Source of the DNA: Octopus sinensis
Lineage: Eukaryota
NCBI RefSeq assembly: GCF_006345805.1
Contig: NC_043001.1
Span: 82,894,001 to 82,958,000, forward strand
Length of the DNA stretch: 64,000 nucleotides
Reading direction: 5' to 3'
The notes below the pieces were generated by a model. It had not been told where the DNA came from, searched no databases, and worked only from the letters and a program-made list of their open reading frames with translations. Both the position numbers and the translations under genes were made by a program. Position 1 is the first letter of the stretch, and each line of letters opens with the position of its first letter. Below, piece by piece: positions 24,764-38,000 of this stretch.

Positions 24764-24856
24764 GAAAACATAGGAAAGTCCGCATGAATGTCCAAAGGAA
24801 AAGGATGAAAGAGAAAAAAAAAACGTCAACAGTTAATGTGTAGTTACCTTTTTTAC

Positions 24857-24961
<105 letters not shown>

Positions 24962-25019
24962 AGGCATTATCAGAGAATGACTCACCCCAGACACAACAGA
25001 ATATACATAATTATATACA

Positions 25020-25061
<42 letters not shown>

Positions 25062-26665
25062 CACACAAACATGCATGCATACGTACATAATCTATAATAT
25101 GTTTTTCTTCCGAATCTTAACATTTTGAGCTCAAATTTCGCTGAGGTTGACCTTGCCTGTTATCCTTTCGGCATCGGGGTTCATGTAATTGAGTATCTTC
25201 TTTCTCATCAAAATTGCTGATCTAGTACCAAAACTCGAAGTTGCTGTATGTATGGCATATCTATTTTATGTTGTCTGTGATTTCTGCCGTATTTCTAAGC
25301 CACTTGAGAATTTACATGGTTATATTGATATGAAACGGGAAGACTGCGCGCTGGCAGAAGCGTTAGCACGCCAGGCAAAATGTTTAGCGGCATTTCTTTC
25401 GTCATTAGGTTCTGAATTAAAATTCTTGTTTTTGATTCTTTTGGGGTCAAGAAAGTAAGTCGCATTTGCGCACTGGAATCGATGTAATCGATTAGCCCTA
25501 CCCTCCAAAATGTTAAACTCTGTGTCTATAATAGAATGTTAAAATGAAGTGTGAGCGTGTGTGCCTGAGAGAGGGAGAGAGATAAAGACAGCGTGGTGGT
25601 GGCAAACGAATTCTCCTTCAGAATTCCTCCAGCTAAACCGATACTTTTGGATTGGGCAGAACACGGCTGTTTTCTTTTTCAAAATCACCAATGTTTTCCA
25701 TTTTGTGCTCTGATATTTAAAAAAATCTTTATACAGGAAGGAAGGCAATATTAGAGACCCTCGGAAACGAGTCCGAAGAATAAAGGTGTCTTCAGACGGT
25801 AGACTTGACCTGAGTGTCTGTAAGTGGACATCGCTAGAGGCACTAGAGGTGTCATGTGGTGGTGTTAAATCGAGCTATGTGTTAAGTCTACTAATCAAGT
25901 AAGGCATGGCTAGATTTGAACTCAGAGCACGATCAGCGGAACAAATACCACAAGGCATCCAGTCCTATATTTCAGCCCATTGAGGATTTTCCACTTTATC
26001 GAACCGAAAAGACTGAAGTGAAAAGTTGACCTCATCAGGATTTGAACTCCGAACGCAAAGAGCGGGAAAGAAATAGCATAAGGAATCCCGTACAACGTTC
26101 TTACACTTCTGCCATTCTACAATCTTTGATTAGAACCTTATTTTATCGATCCAAAAGAATGAAAATAAAACTGACCTAGGTAGAATTTGAACTCAGTACA
26201 GAGAGACCTGGAATAATCGTGAAGAATATTACCGAAATTCTAACGACTCTGACTCTTGTTGACTCTGCTTGTTTGATAATATTTGACTGTAACTCATGTT
26301 GCTATTCTCTCTACCTAAAAGGTATCCTATGTGCTCACGTGTTATTTCACCGGGCGATGTTAATTTATATATTTCTTACCAATGTTTGTAAATCTCTTCT
26401 TTTTTTTAGCTGCTTTCAGAGCTTGAGAAAAGATTTATCATTATTTTCATTTTGTTTTACTTTATTTTATTTTTAATACGTAGGATGTATGACAATTGAT
26501 ATTCAGTTATCATTGTTTTGTTATTGTATAGATTGTATCATGCATAGTATATATGGTACAGCGTGGGATATACATACATACGTTCATACATACGTCCAGA
26601 TATGCATGTATGTATATATACATAGATACACACACACACACACACACACACAAAACACACACACA

Positions 26666-26767
<102 letters not shown>

Positions 26768-26975
26768 TATCGAGTATAACGATAAGTGAAATGCACATAT
26801 TATCACAACTTACGATATTATGGAACAAATAAACGTCAAACCTCCATTTTCAACTAAGTAAAATATATAAAATATGCTTCCTGTGGTGAGTGAAAAAGAC
26901 AAGAGAAACAGTTATCCTTATTTATTGATATTGTTATTATCATCATAATATCTAAAATATTTATTTATTTATTTA

Positions 26976-27009
<34 letters not shown>

Positions 27010-27133
27010 TGAATAAATAAATAAATATATATCCGTATCCATATATTGTATCCTCTTTCTATACATGTAAATATATACATATACATACATATATACATAC
27101 ATGCATACATATATATATGCATACATATACATA

Positions 27134-27174
<41 letters not shown>

Positions 27175-27299
27175 TATATATATGTGTGTGTGTGTGGTGT
27201 GTGTGTGTGTGGTGTGTGTGTGTGTGTATGAGATTTGTCCCAAGAGAAACGGGGAATTGAAAAACAAAAGAAAATTTCTGTACCAATACTTATACACCG

Positions 27300-27920
27300 C
27301 TACATTTTTTTTTCTACTTGCTTTGGAATGTCACGTGAAAGCGTGATTTCGTGTATCGAGCAGATGTTCAATTATATATGTTTCTTTAGCCCAACCTGTT
27401 TAATAAAGGATAGAATCCGAGATGCTAAACGGAGATAGTCGGCTCTGTCGAAAGCTTTGGATTAATTTATCAAAGTTAGAAATGTTTCTAACAATCTTTG
27501 CGATGTATTTATTGTCTGGATAATAAATTTGCAGAGATCGCTGGAGTATATAAAGGACTGGTAAACCTACTGACGACAAGTTTTCTGTCCTTTTTGCAGT
27601 TTCTTCACTCCTATGTATAACATGTATACAGCAGTGTTACGGGCCTGAAATTATCAGTGTCGCCTCGTTAATTCACTTTCTTCTTCAGTTGTGTCTTAAG
27701 CAACAGAATTTACACAACTAGGAATGCATTTAGTTTGTTGTCAGTTGGAATGGACCTCTCTAGTGACAGGAGATAACAAATCTGGACATGCGAATGTAAA
27801 AGCTAGAGAACAGACCATCCCAATCCAGTGAGTTGTATCGAGCACAAGCACAGAAACTCTCCTTGTTGTTAGTCTTTCATAGCAATTCCTTTCTCATGCT
27901 GAAAATCTCATCATCTTAAA
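27300..27920 (-). mobile_element. Heavily decayed L1/Tx1-type LINE RT region
   Basis: Minus frames contain KKKVN*RGDTDNFRPVTLLYTCY (the NYRPISLL motif) and KAFDRADY (the KAFDRV motif) in the correct order. Confidence 0.7.
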
Positions 27921-28104
27921 AGACCAGAAACAAAATTATGGCTTTATTGCCACTTGTATCTGTTGAAAAGGTTCCAGATACCATGAAATCGATAATTATG
28001 ACTTTTAAAAATAAAACAAAATAACAAAACAAAAAAAGCAAACAATTCCAGGGTAATAACACTTTTAAGTACAATATATTCAAAAGAAAGAAAAATGAAG
28101 GCGC

Positions 28105-28400
28105 GTGCATTAGAGGTCTTCGGCTGACGATCGTAAAGCTGCGAGTTCGACTCCTGGCGGCGCGTTGTGCATTTTCAAGAAGACATTTATTTCAGTTTGC
28201 TCCAGTCCATTCAGCCGGTTAAAATGAGTTGTACTTGTAATTAAAAGGGTCGAGATGATCATATTCTGTGGCACAGGGAATCTCCTTGACAGCTATGTTA
28301 AGGGTACGCATGTCTGTGGAGCGCTTAGCCACTTGCACGTTAATTTCACGATCGTATCAACCGGAACACTCGACATTGTAATCGATGGAGAGCCAGGCTA
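28105..28400 (+). mobile_element. SINE family C
   Basis: Head ...gacgatcgtaaagctgcgagttcgactcctggcggcgcgttgtg, then the shared tail ttaagggtacgcatgtctgtggagcgcttagccacttgcacgttaatttcacg. Confidence 0.8.
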
Positions 28401-28411
28401 TATCTAAAAAT

Positions 28412-28535
28412 GGGGGTGATAAGATCTGAAGGGCATCCAGCCGTAGAAACCATGCCAAATCAGACTGGCGTCTGGTGCTGTCACTCAGCTTGCCAACCAT
28501 GTTAATATGAACAACGGACGTTAAATAATGATGAT
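28412..28535 (+). mobile_element. SINE 3' fragment with Deu/Nin-domain-like core
   Basis: gaagggcatccagccgtagaaaccatgcc core and ...acaacggacgttaaataatgatgatgatg tail. Confidence 0.55.
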
Positions 28536-29192
28536 GATGCTTTCAAGAATATTTCTGGAGCATCTTCTTGTGTGTATATAATTGAAAAGTAAACGTTTTG
28601 AAACGTGCTTACAACAGCCGGACATTTCAGATCTTTCCTTTAATTCATCAATATCTTGATATAGAATTATTAATTTCTGACTCAAAGCTTGTGGCGTAAA
28701 TTTGAATGAAAGTGACCACATATAAAAGACAAGCATGTGCAACAATTAGTTTGCTTAATTTAAACATGCTTGGAATGGCTTTGAGAATTAACGAATGTAT
28801 TGATAACAGTGGAGTTGAAGTTGGTTCATGGTCAAACCAATACAACCTATAAGTGTACGGTCATTAACTGTTTGACCTTCAGCACAAGATTTTAAGGCTT
28901 TTGAAAGACATTTATTACTAAGGTGACAATTATTGCTTACAATACCATTACAGGTCATGGTATGTTATTTTTCTTGGAAAAGGCTTCCGGTATTGAAATG
29001 TTTAATTGAGCTTATAATGTTCTCGCCATCAGTAGAGCTATAATGTATATAGGCCAATTTCATCATTGTTACAATAACGTAAAACCCGAAACAATAACGC
29101 GTTAGAAACACGGAAACAATGACAGTGCTAGAAATAATAATAATGATGATGATGATGATAATAATAATAATAATAATAATAATATAATAATA

Positions 29193-29233
<41 letters not shown>

Positions 29234-29332
29234 TAAGGAAGATTAATGATAACAACAACAGCAAAAAACAACACCAACAACTATAAGAACAATGACTGAA
29301 TAGCCAAATACAATATGTACGAATATACGTGA

Positions 29333-29366
<34 letters not shown>

Positions 29367-29403
29367 ATGTATATGTATATCTATGTATATATATATGTGT
29401 ATT

Positions 29404-29441
<38 letters not shown>

Positions 29442-29910
29442 CAAACATATTACAGGGATATACACACATACATACGTGTATACATACATACATACATACA
29501 TACATACATACATACATACATACCTACATACATACATACATACACACATACATACATGCAAGCATAGACATCGCAGCTGCAATAGCGAATAGTAAAGGAG
29601 AGGCCTAGAAAACAAGACAGCGTCCAACAATAACGGAGACAATGCACCATAGATAATTCTGATATAATGAAGCTGATAGGAGATTTCTTAATTATTCATT
29701 AGTTGATTATTAAATTGGCTGTAATGATAAGGTCACTGAAGAGATTGGATAGGGGGAAGTTTGTAAGGTAGGGCTGATATAACGTGGGTGGACAGAACAT
29801 CAATACAAGAATATATATATACATATATACAATACAAGAATATATATATTTACGTATTTATTCATTCATAACATAATGCTGACTATAACTATTCTGTATA
29901 TATCAATATT

Positions 29911-30018
<108 letters not shown>

Positions 30019-30249
30019 AATTTTGCATCAGGCGATGCCGATGTTACAATTTTACCTCGCTTTCTCTAAGTTATATATATCAGTGTGCGGTGTGAGTATG
30101 GGAGGACGCATGAGCGGGTACACACACACACACACTCACACACACACATACACACACACACACACATATATATATTTGTTCTATATATCTTTATTTGTAA
30201 ACACATACACATACATACATATATGTATATACACACACACACACACACG

Positions 30250-30283
<34 letters not shown>

Positions 30284-30514
30284 CACCTACACATACAGGA
30301 AACAATATGCGATGGTCGCTGCTGGAATACCTTTGATCATATTTTCAATCAAGGCGTACCTGATCACATGGGGCAAAATTCAGCGAGAACAATTACAGGA
30401 AAGATTACGATGCGCTTAATGAGAAAGAAAATATCAAGTGCCTACCTTTGTTTCGAAGACAATGGAATTTTTAGAAGGGTTGTTTTGTTCGGATTATGAG
30501 ATGTTACAGATCTA

Positions 30515-30730
30515 ATGCGGTGATCTGACAGAATCGTTAGCGCGTCGGACAAAATGTTTAGTAGTATCTCGTCTGTCTTTGCGATCTGGGTTCAAATTCC
30601 GCCGAGGTCGAATTTACCTTTTTATCCTTTCGGACTCGATAACATAAGTACTAGTTGAGCACTTGGGTCGATGTAATCGACTAACTCTCTCAACCTTCAA
30701 AATTGCTGGCCTTGTGCCAAAATTTGAAAC
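30515..30730 (+). mobile_element. SINE family B
   Basis: gcggtgatctgacagaatcgttagcgcg...gggttcaaattccgccgaggtcg...gggtcgatgtaatcgact. Confidence 0.85.
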
Positions 30731-30920
30731 TAATTCAATTATGTCAAACGTACCAAAAATATTTAGAATAAAAGGCAGAAAAGCATACCTTTCTCAGGTA
30801 AAATAACATTGGGTAACACGACTTTTATCCTTGGGAAGCAACTATTATTTCCTTCTTGCTTACTCCTAGAAAGTATGAAAAAATGGCTAATATTTCTTTC
30901 AAACTTTACTTTTCTTACAT

Positions 30921-31088
30921 TTATTCAAACCCCAAAGAATCCCTCTCAATACATGTCTCTGATGCTCCCCTAATACTCCTGCTCATGATGAGAGGTGCTC
31001 ATATTGCTAGCCACTAAGGGACATGCTGAAGTGGTTAAAGTCAAGCAAGTGACAAGCACATTTGTGGTACTGAGCAGAATATTTGCTA
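30921..31088 (-). mobile_element. Internal fragment of the 550-bp repeat
   Basis: ttattcaaaccccaaagaatccc...agccactaagggacatgct...gagcagaatatttgct aligns to ~2254-2420. Confidence 0.8.
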
Positions 31089-31388
31089 TAACAATACTTC
31101 TGCTTCAGCAACTCAGTACTTGCTCTGTCTGAAATGTAATGGAAAATAAGTCAGTTTCAAAACATTGATGTCTAGGCCACAGAAGCAAAGTTTGAAAGGA
31201 ATAGTAGTAATTTCCTTTGATATCTAGACAGGAGCAAATAGGAAATAACACTTACTGACCAAAGACAAAAGAAAAAAAAAAAAAAGAAAAAATTAAATAA
31301 AAAATAAAAATTTTGTTACACGGTGTAATTTACATACTTTTAACAGTTGTTTCACAAGTATGAAGCATGGGGTATTTAAGAAAGTATA

Positions 31389-31640
31389 AGGTGGCGAGCT
31401 GGCAGAATCGTTAGCACGCCGGGCGAAATGCGTAGCCGTATTTCGTCTGCCGTTACGTTCTAAGTTCAAATTCCGCCGAGGTCGACTTTGCCTTTCATCC
31501 TTTCGGGGTCGATTAAATAAGTACCAGTTACGCACTGGGGTCGATATAATCGACTTAATCCGTTTGTCTGTCCTTGTTTGTCTGTCCTTGTTTGTCCCCT
31601 CTGTGTTTAGCCCCTTGTGGGTAATAAAGAAATAGGTATT
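31389..31640 (+). mobile_element. SINE family B, near-consensus copy
   Basis: aaggtggcgagctggcagaatcgttagcacgccgggcg...; tail has a duplicated tgtctgtccttgtt. Confidence 0.9.
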
Positions 31641-31829
31641 TGAGGAAGTATTTGCATTTACAGAAACAACGGTTCCTGGCTGGCATAGCTGTTAGTGTTT
31701 CCGATGATTTGGGATAATAATTGCTTTAAATTGATTTAATTTAGATTAGTTTATACTAATTAATGAAAAACAAAAAGGCATCGAACAAACACACACACGC
31801 ACACAGAGTCGCATATCTATGTGTTTATG

Positions 31830-32000
31830 TATGTTCGAAGATAATCAAACCAAATGTCCTTCATTTCGAACCATTCAGCCAGTGAGAATTCCTGTCAAAT
31901 TTGGTGAAAATCCGTTTAGCCGGTTTCCAGTAATTTTGCAAACACAGACAACGACAAATGAGTACAATATCTTTCTTTCGCTTACGCGCGCAGGGTAATT
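31830..32000 (+). mobile_element. Non-autonomous DNA-element 3' fragment (Helentron/HINE-like)
   Basis: gtcaaatttggtgaaaatccgtttagccggttt...acagacaac...cgcttacgcgcgcagggtaatta, a common non-autonomous element motif set. Confidence 0.4.
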
Positions 32001-32198
32001 AAATATCTTCATTACATCATTATACAATTAATTATGCTTATTTATAATGAAACAACTCTTAAAAGTAAATAAATTATTATATATATATGTTAAATTAATG
32101 CCTTGGCTGCTTTTTATTCTAAAACGATCGTTTTAGCTGTCTATGTATATACTTTCAAACTTCGTCTGTTGGATTTAGCATGTTAGAGTTTAACGATC

Positions 32199-32283
<85 letters not shown>

Positions 32284-32319
32284 TTATTATTATTATTATT
32301 ATATATTATTATTATATTA

Positions 32320-32520
32320 TTCAGTAGTTTTATTTTTATAGCGTGCTTTCACTTCACTACCGAGCGCAGCTCTGTGTGCCTTGGGTATGTGCTGTGATTT
32401 GTTGTGATGCTCTGATGGTTATTGTATGGAAAGTGTTCTGCGTAGGATGTGTGCAGTGCCTAGTAGTGCAATTTTCTGTATGTTATATGTGTTTGTAAGT
32501 CCTGGTGTTTTTGTTATGTA
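32320..32520 (-). mobile_element. R4/Dong-like LINE, short 3' end
   Basis: Matches 15985-16185 with few differences; (TTA)n on the left. Confidence 0.9.
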
Positions 32521-33135
32521 TTTCTCATTGCTGTATCCAAGTCTATATCTCTATTATTTTTCTTCCATATTTTATATGTATGTGTTGTTGTATTTTCATT
32601 TTTTGGGTAGAGCACTGCTGTGAAGTATGCGTGTAAGATAGAAATGTATTCCTCACGTGTCCAATTACGTCTTTTGGGTTTTATTTGCGGGACATGGGTA
32701 CAACGTCCGGCCCATTATTTTGACGGTCGTCATTTTCGTAGGGTACCGGTCCGTTTATTTCTGTTGTCACATTATTTCGCACGTGTAGTTTTTCGTACAT
32801 TTTTTGTTGTAGTTTTAATGTACGTACCGCTCGATTGTTATTCTTGGTTTGAATAGTATCGTGGCATTTAATTTCTTCGTAGTTCCTTGTACATGGTGTT
32901 TTGGGGGTCGGGGATGATCGTGATGTTCCACGCATGTTTACATGTGTTGTGTTAGAGTTGGAGATGATATCGAGTCAAAATACATCATTTCGTTTCGAAA
33001 ATAGTAATAAATTTCATTAGTATTACTTACTCGATACAGTCCAATTCTTTGTTAGTAAATCTTTGGCTCCATAGATGTCCTTGTTTTCGATGTGTTGTGG
33101 ATAGATTTCGGAGCTCTGTATTTTCCTTCTTACAT

Positions 33136-33411
<276 letters not shown>

Positions 33412-33420
33412 TTATTATTA

Positions 33421-33815
33421 TTGAGGCGGATAGCTGGTAGAAACGTTTGCATGCCGGGGAAAATGCTTACGGCATTTCGTTCAAATTCCGCCGTGGTCGA
33501 CTTTGCCTTTCATATTTTCAGGGTCATGAAATAAGCACCAGTTGAGCACTGTGGTCGATGTAATCGACTTACCCCATGCCCCGAAATTGCTGGCTTTGTG
33601 TCAAAATTTGAAATTATTATTTGAGTGTTTAAGGCGGCGGGCTGACAAAATCGCTTGCACGCCGGGTAGAATGCTTAGCGGGTTTTCGTCTCTCTGTGCG
33701 TTCTGAGTTCGAATTCCACTTTACCTGTTATCCTTTCGGGGTCGATGAAACGACTATCAGGCGAGCACCGGAGCCACTTTAATCGACTAGCTATCCCTAC
33801 CAAATTTCAAGCCAT
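33421..33815 (+). mobile_element. Two tandem family-B SINEs
   Basis: Heads at ~33423 and ~33630, both with the tcatatt/tatcctttc..gggtc core. Confidence 0.8.
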
Positions 33816-33987
33816 TATTATTTAAGCGCTTAAATACCGTGGATATATTTGATGATCTATGCGCCATTTCTTTTTATATATGATAGCTATATACATACCG
33901 ACACACAACACTTGTCTGCACACATATATACACACGTCTATATATGGTGGATAATATTATATATACAAACATACATATATATATGTA

Positions 33988-34060
<73 letters not shown>

Positions 34061-34139
34061 CTGTGTGTATTTATATATATATCGGGAAACTGACCAGATA
34101 GAAATTCATTGTATATTTTATATTTAATTATTTCTTTCG

Positions 34140-34735
34140 TGCTTGCTTCAATCGTGGGAATGCGGTCATGCTGGGGCACCACTTTTGAAGGGTTTAGTCG
34201 ATCAAATTAACCGCAGTACTTAAGTTTAAGTTTATATTATTTATTCTATCGGTGCCTTTTGCCGAACCGCTAAGAAACGAGGACAATACCGGTTGTCAAG
34301 TGGTGTGAGGTGGCACACACATATAAAAAGCGGTGTGAGGTGACACACACACATAAAAAGCAGTGTGAGGTGACACACACACATATAAAAAGGGGATTTC
34401 ACACAGTTTCCGTCAACCAAATTCACTCTCAAAACGTTGGTCTGTACCGGGTCATTGTAGAAGGCACTTACCCAAGGTACGAGCCACAGAATTGAACCCG
34501 AAGCCGTGTTGTTACAAACTGAGCTTGTTAACCATACAGCCATGTCTGTGTCTATTTATTTAGTCCTTTATTCTTTATTTTGTTTCAATCATTTGACTGC
34601 GGCCATGCTGGAACACTGCCTTTTAGTCGAGTAAATCGACCCCAGAACTTATTCTTTGTAAGCCTGGTACTTATTTTATCGGTCACTTAGGCCGAACCGC
34701 CAAGTTACAGAGCCGTAAATACACCACACAGTCAT
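34140..34735 (-). mobile_element. Two family-A SINEs; the first has an internal ~30-bp triplication
   Basis: 34140-34550 is a near-full reverse complement with (ggtgtgaggtgacacacac..ataaaaag)x3; 34560-34735 is a 3' half. Confidence 0.85.
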
Positions 34736-34925
34736 TTCTGCGCCTATTTATTTATTTATTTTTAGTTCTAATCACAGAGGACAATTACTGGTCTAGAACC
34801 AGAACTATTATCAAGAGAACAATTCCATGGAGTTATAAGCATGGTATTTATAAAACAAATTACATTGAATTAATCGTCTCCAACCGCACTCTGGTGGACA
34901 ACAGGAATCTGCTATTGTTTGACAG

Positions 34926-34991
<66 letters not shown>

Positions 34992-35008
34992 ATCATTATC
35001 ATTATCAC

Positions 35009-35051
<43 letters not shown>

Positions 35052-35088
35052 TATTATTATTATTATTATTGGTGTTATTATCATTATT

Positions 35089-35570
35089 AAGGTGGAAAGC
35101 TGGCAGGAATGTTAGCACGCGGGGCAAAATGCTTAGCGGCATTTCTTTTGTCTTTAAGCGCTGAGTTCAAATTCCGCCGAAGTCGACTTGGTCATTTATC
35201 CTTTCAGAGTCGATAAAATAAGTACCAGTTACGCACTGGGGTCGATGTAATCGATTATCCCCCTCCCCAAAATTTCAGAACCTTGTGCTTATAGTAGAAA
35301 AGATTCTTCTTCTTCTTCTTCTTCTTCTTCTTCTTCTTCTTCTTCTTCTTCTTCTTCTTCTTCTTCTTCTTCTTCTTCTTCTTCTTCTTCTTCTTCTTCT
35401 TCTTCTTCTTTTATTATTATTATTATTATTAAGGTAGCATGATGGCAGAATCGTTAGCACACCGGGAAAATGCTTAGCGGCATTTCGTCCGTCTTTACAT
35501 TCTGAGTTCAAATTCCGCTGAGGTCGACTTTGCCTTTCAATCTTTCGGTGTCGATTAAAATTAGTACCAC
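35089..35570 (+). mobile_element. Two family-B SINEs separated by (TTC)n (~35305-35410)
   Basis: Heads aaggtggaaagctggcagg (~35089) and aaggtagcatgatggcagaatc (~35431). Confidence 0.85.
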
Positions 35571-37560
35571 TTGAACAATGGGGCTGCTGTAATCGAAAAG
35601 AATCCCAATTGGCATCCAGATGGACGTTCACAAGCACAATTGGAATTTCTTGAATCTTGCCTGACAGGTATTAAGGAAAGCCTTAAAACAAGTGGAAAGA
35701 AGTCCTGGAATAACCTCACAAATCCCCAACGTTACGCACTCCGACGTCTAACTAATAACGATTCTATTGTTATTAAAATGATGGATAAGGCGGCGCTATC
35801 GTAATTATGTAAAGTGACAAAACTTCATATGAAGAATTACCTGTCGATCCAAACTCCAATCACAGAGAGGAATCTAATAAAATAATACTGGAAATAGAGG
35901 AAAACAATTTCATTAATAAGCCAGAATCCAGGATTTTATAGTCTCCCTAAAATACACAAAAACTTCGAAAGATTTCCTCCAATGTGCCCAATTTGCAGCG
36001 GATATGAATGTCGTACAGCCAAGATTTCAGAATGGCTTGATGGATTCCTACTTCCTGCCGCAAAAAGATCAAGTTCCTATATTTAGGATATTTTTAATTT
36101 TGTGTCTAAAACCAGCAACTTTTTAAGCACCGAAGCCATGTCGAAAACTGTTTTTTGGTAACCACGGATGTTTCTTCCTTATGTCCCAATATTGGCCACA
36201 ATGAAGGGGTAGAGGTATGCATGAATGCCTTCGAAAAACGATCAAATAAAAGTATTCCTTCAAATTTTCTCTGTAGGCTATTGAGGTTTGTGTTACAAAG
36301 TAACACTATGAAGTTTGAACAAAGATTTTACTACCAGACGAGGGGTTGCGCCATGGGTATCCCCATGATAGTTAATTTCGCTAAGGTCTTCATGACGAAA
36401 TTCGAGACACAGTTGCTGGAAACATTCAAATCTCTACGTGGTTACGGTTCATTGAGGACATCTTTTTGTCTGGGAAGGATCACAGGATAGTTTAATTGTC
36501 CTCTTGCACTTTTACCACTATTATGCTAAAAACTGCGGTTTTAAGTCCAACATAAAATTTACGTCTAGTTTTTCAGGAACTAACGTTGAATTTTTGGACT
36601 CAAAAGTTTAGTTTTCTGGTAGCAGAATAGTAACAGAGTTATTTTGCAAGCCCACGTCATCCCACATTTACCTCCTCCACCGCTCCGATCATCCACATGA
36701 TATAATTCGATCAAATCCGAAATCCCAATTTTTGAGGATTAAACAGATTTGTACTGACATAGGGGATTACTGGAAGCATGCAAATGTTTTTGTGCACCAT
36801 TATGTCAAACACGATTAAAGGAAATAACAGATGAGATAGCTAAGATTAGCAAAGAAAGTCAAACTTTCACGCTTGATTTTAGCAAACACAGTACAATAAA
36901 CGACAGAATTCCTTTAGTGATTTAACTGGCACTGAAATTTCGCTGGCATTTCAAAAGCGTTGCATGAAAGTTAACAGCATGTTGCAGAAAAATATCCTCG
37001 TTTCAAACAGGTATTACCTCAGCCGCCTATTGTAGTCTTTAGACGGAATAAGAATATAAGAGAATAATTGACCTCTATTTCTGACTCCAAGCAAACTAAC
37101 ATTGGAGTATCTGCAAGCTGTACCTTGAAAAACAGCCGCAAGAGAGGTAAACCCCGTCCATTGTGCAACAACATGAGCCAAGTGAATTCCATCGGAAATC
37201 ATAACAGAAATGTTATGGTTTATACAGAAGCTGCGACATATAGAGATTCCCATTTGGTGTACGCTGCAGAATGCACGAAACATAATTTGATTTATGTTGC
37301 TTGTACAACAGAACAGTTAAACAAAAGATTTAATGGGCACAAATAGCAGTAGTTGGACAGAACTTGCCGAACATTTTGCTTCAAACGGCTGCAATTTTGA
37401 AAAAGACTTGAAAGTGCATATTCCCTGAAAATATTCTGAATCTGCTATACTTTCAATACTCAAAATGCACGGGAAGAAATATGTTTGCGGGTTATTAACA
37501 TCACACCCTGGAGGAATTAATAAAATAACAGGAGAATTTCATCAAATTTACACAAAACTT
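35571..37560 (+). mobile_element. Penelope-like element (RT plus GIY-YIG endonuclease), 5'-truncated pseudogene
   Basis: In order across frameshifts: NNLTNPQRYALRRLTNNDSIVIKMMDK; YSLPKIHK..PPMCPICSG; LVTTDVSSLCPNI; YYQTRGCAMG; WLRFIEDIFFVW; FLDSKV..KPTSSHIYL...HP; PPIVVFRRNKNI; HLVYAAECTKHNLIYVACTTEQLNKRFNGHK; HPGGIN. Confidence 0.9.
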
Positions 37561-37861
37561 TTTTTGTGTCTTTTTCTGTTCGCCAGATATGAGGCGCTAT
37601 TGACAACCAACGTATCACCTTCAACAAAAGGTTCTTCTACATAGACATTAAACGGGTTAACGAAGGGAGTGGGGGTACGACTAAAGTAGTAAGGTACGAT
37701 GAATAAGATACCAATGTGGGAACATGCAATATGTGAATTTGAAAAGGGAATAAGTTGGATAAAATCATAACTGATCCTCCAGTATTTTCTTTTACCCGAA
37801 GCCAAGAACTTTTCAGCACCCATCGTACGTATACAATGGGTTTAAACACAGCTTCCATCTA

Positions 37862-38000
37862 CCTGCTTCATTCACAAGGCATCGGTCGGTCCGGTGTTAT
37901 AGCAGAAGACACTTGCCCAAGGTGCCGTGCAGTGGGACTGAACCGAAACTCTGTGGTTGCAAAACAAGCTACTTAACCGCACAGCGATGTCTGTGCCGAT
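37862..38000 (-). mobile_element. SINE family A 5' half
   Basis: Reverse complement: gtgcggttaagtagcttg..ggttcagtcccactgcacggcaccttgggcaagtgtcttc. Confidence 0.85.
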
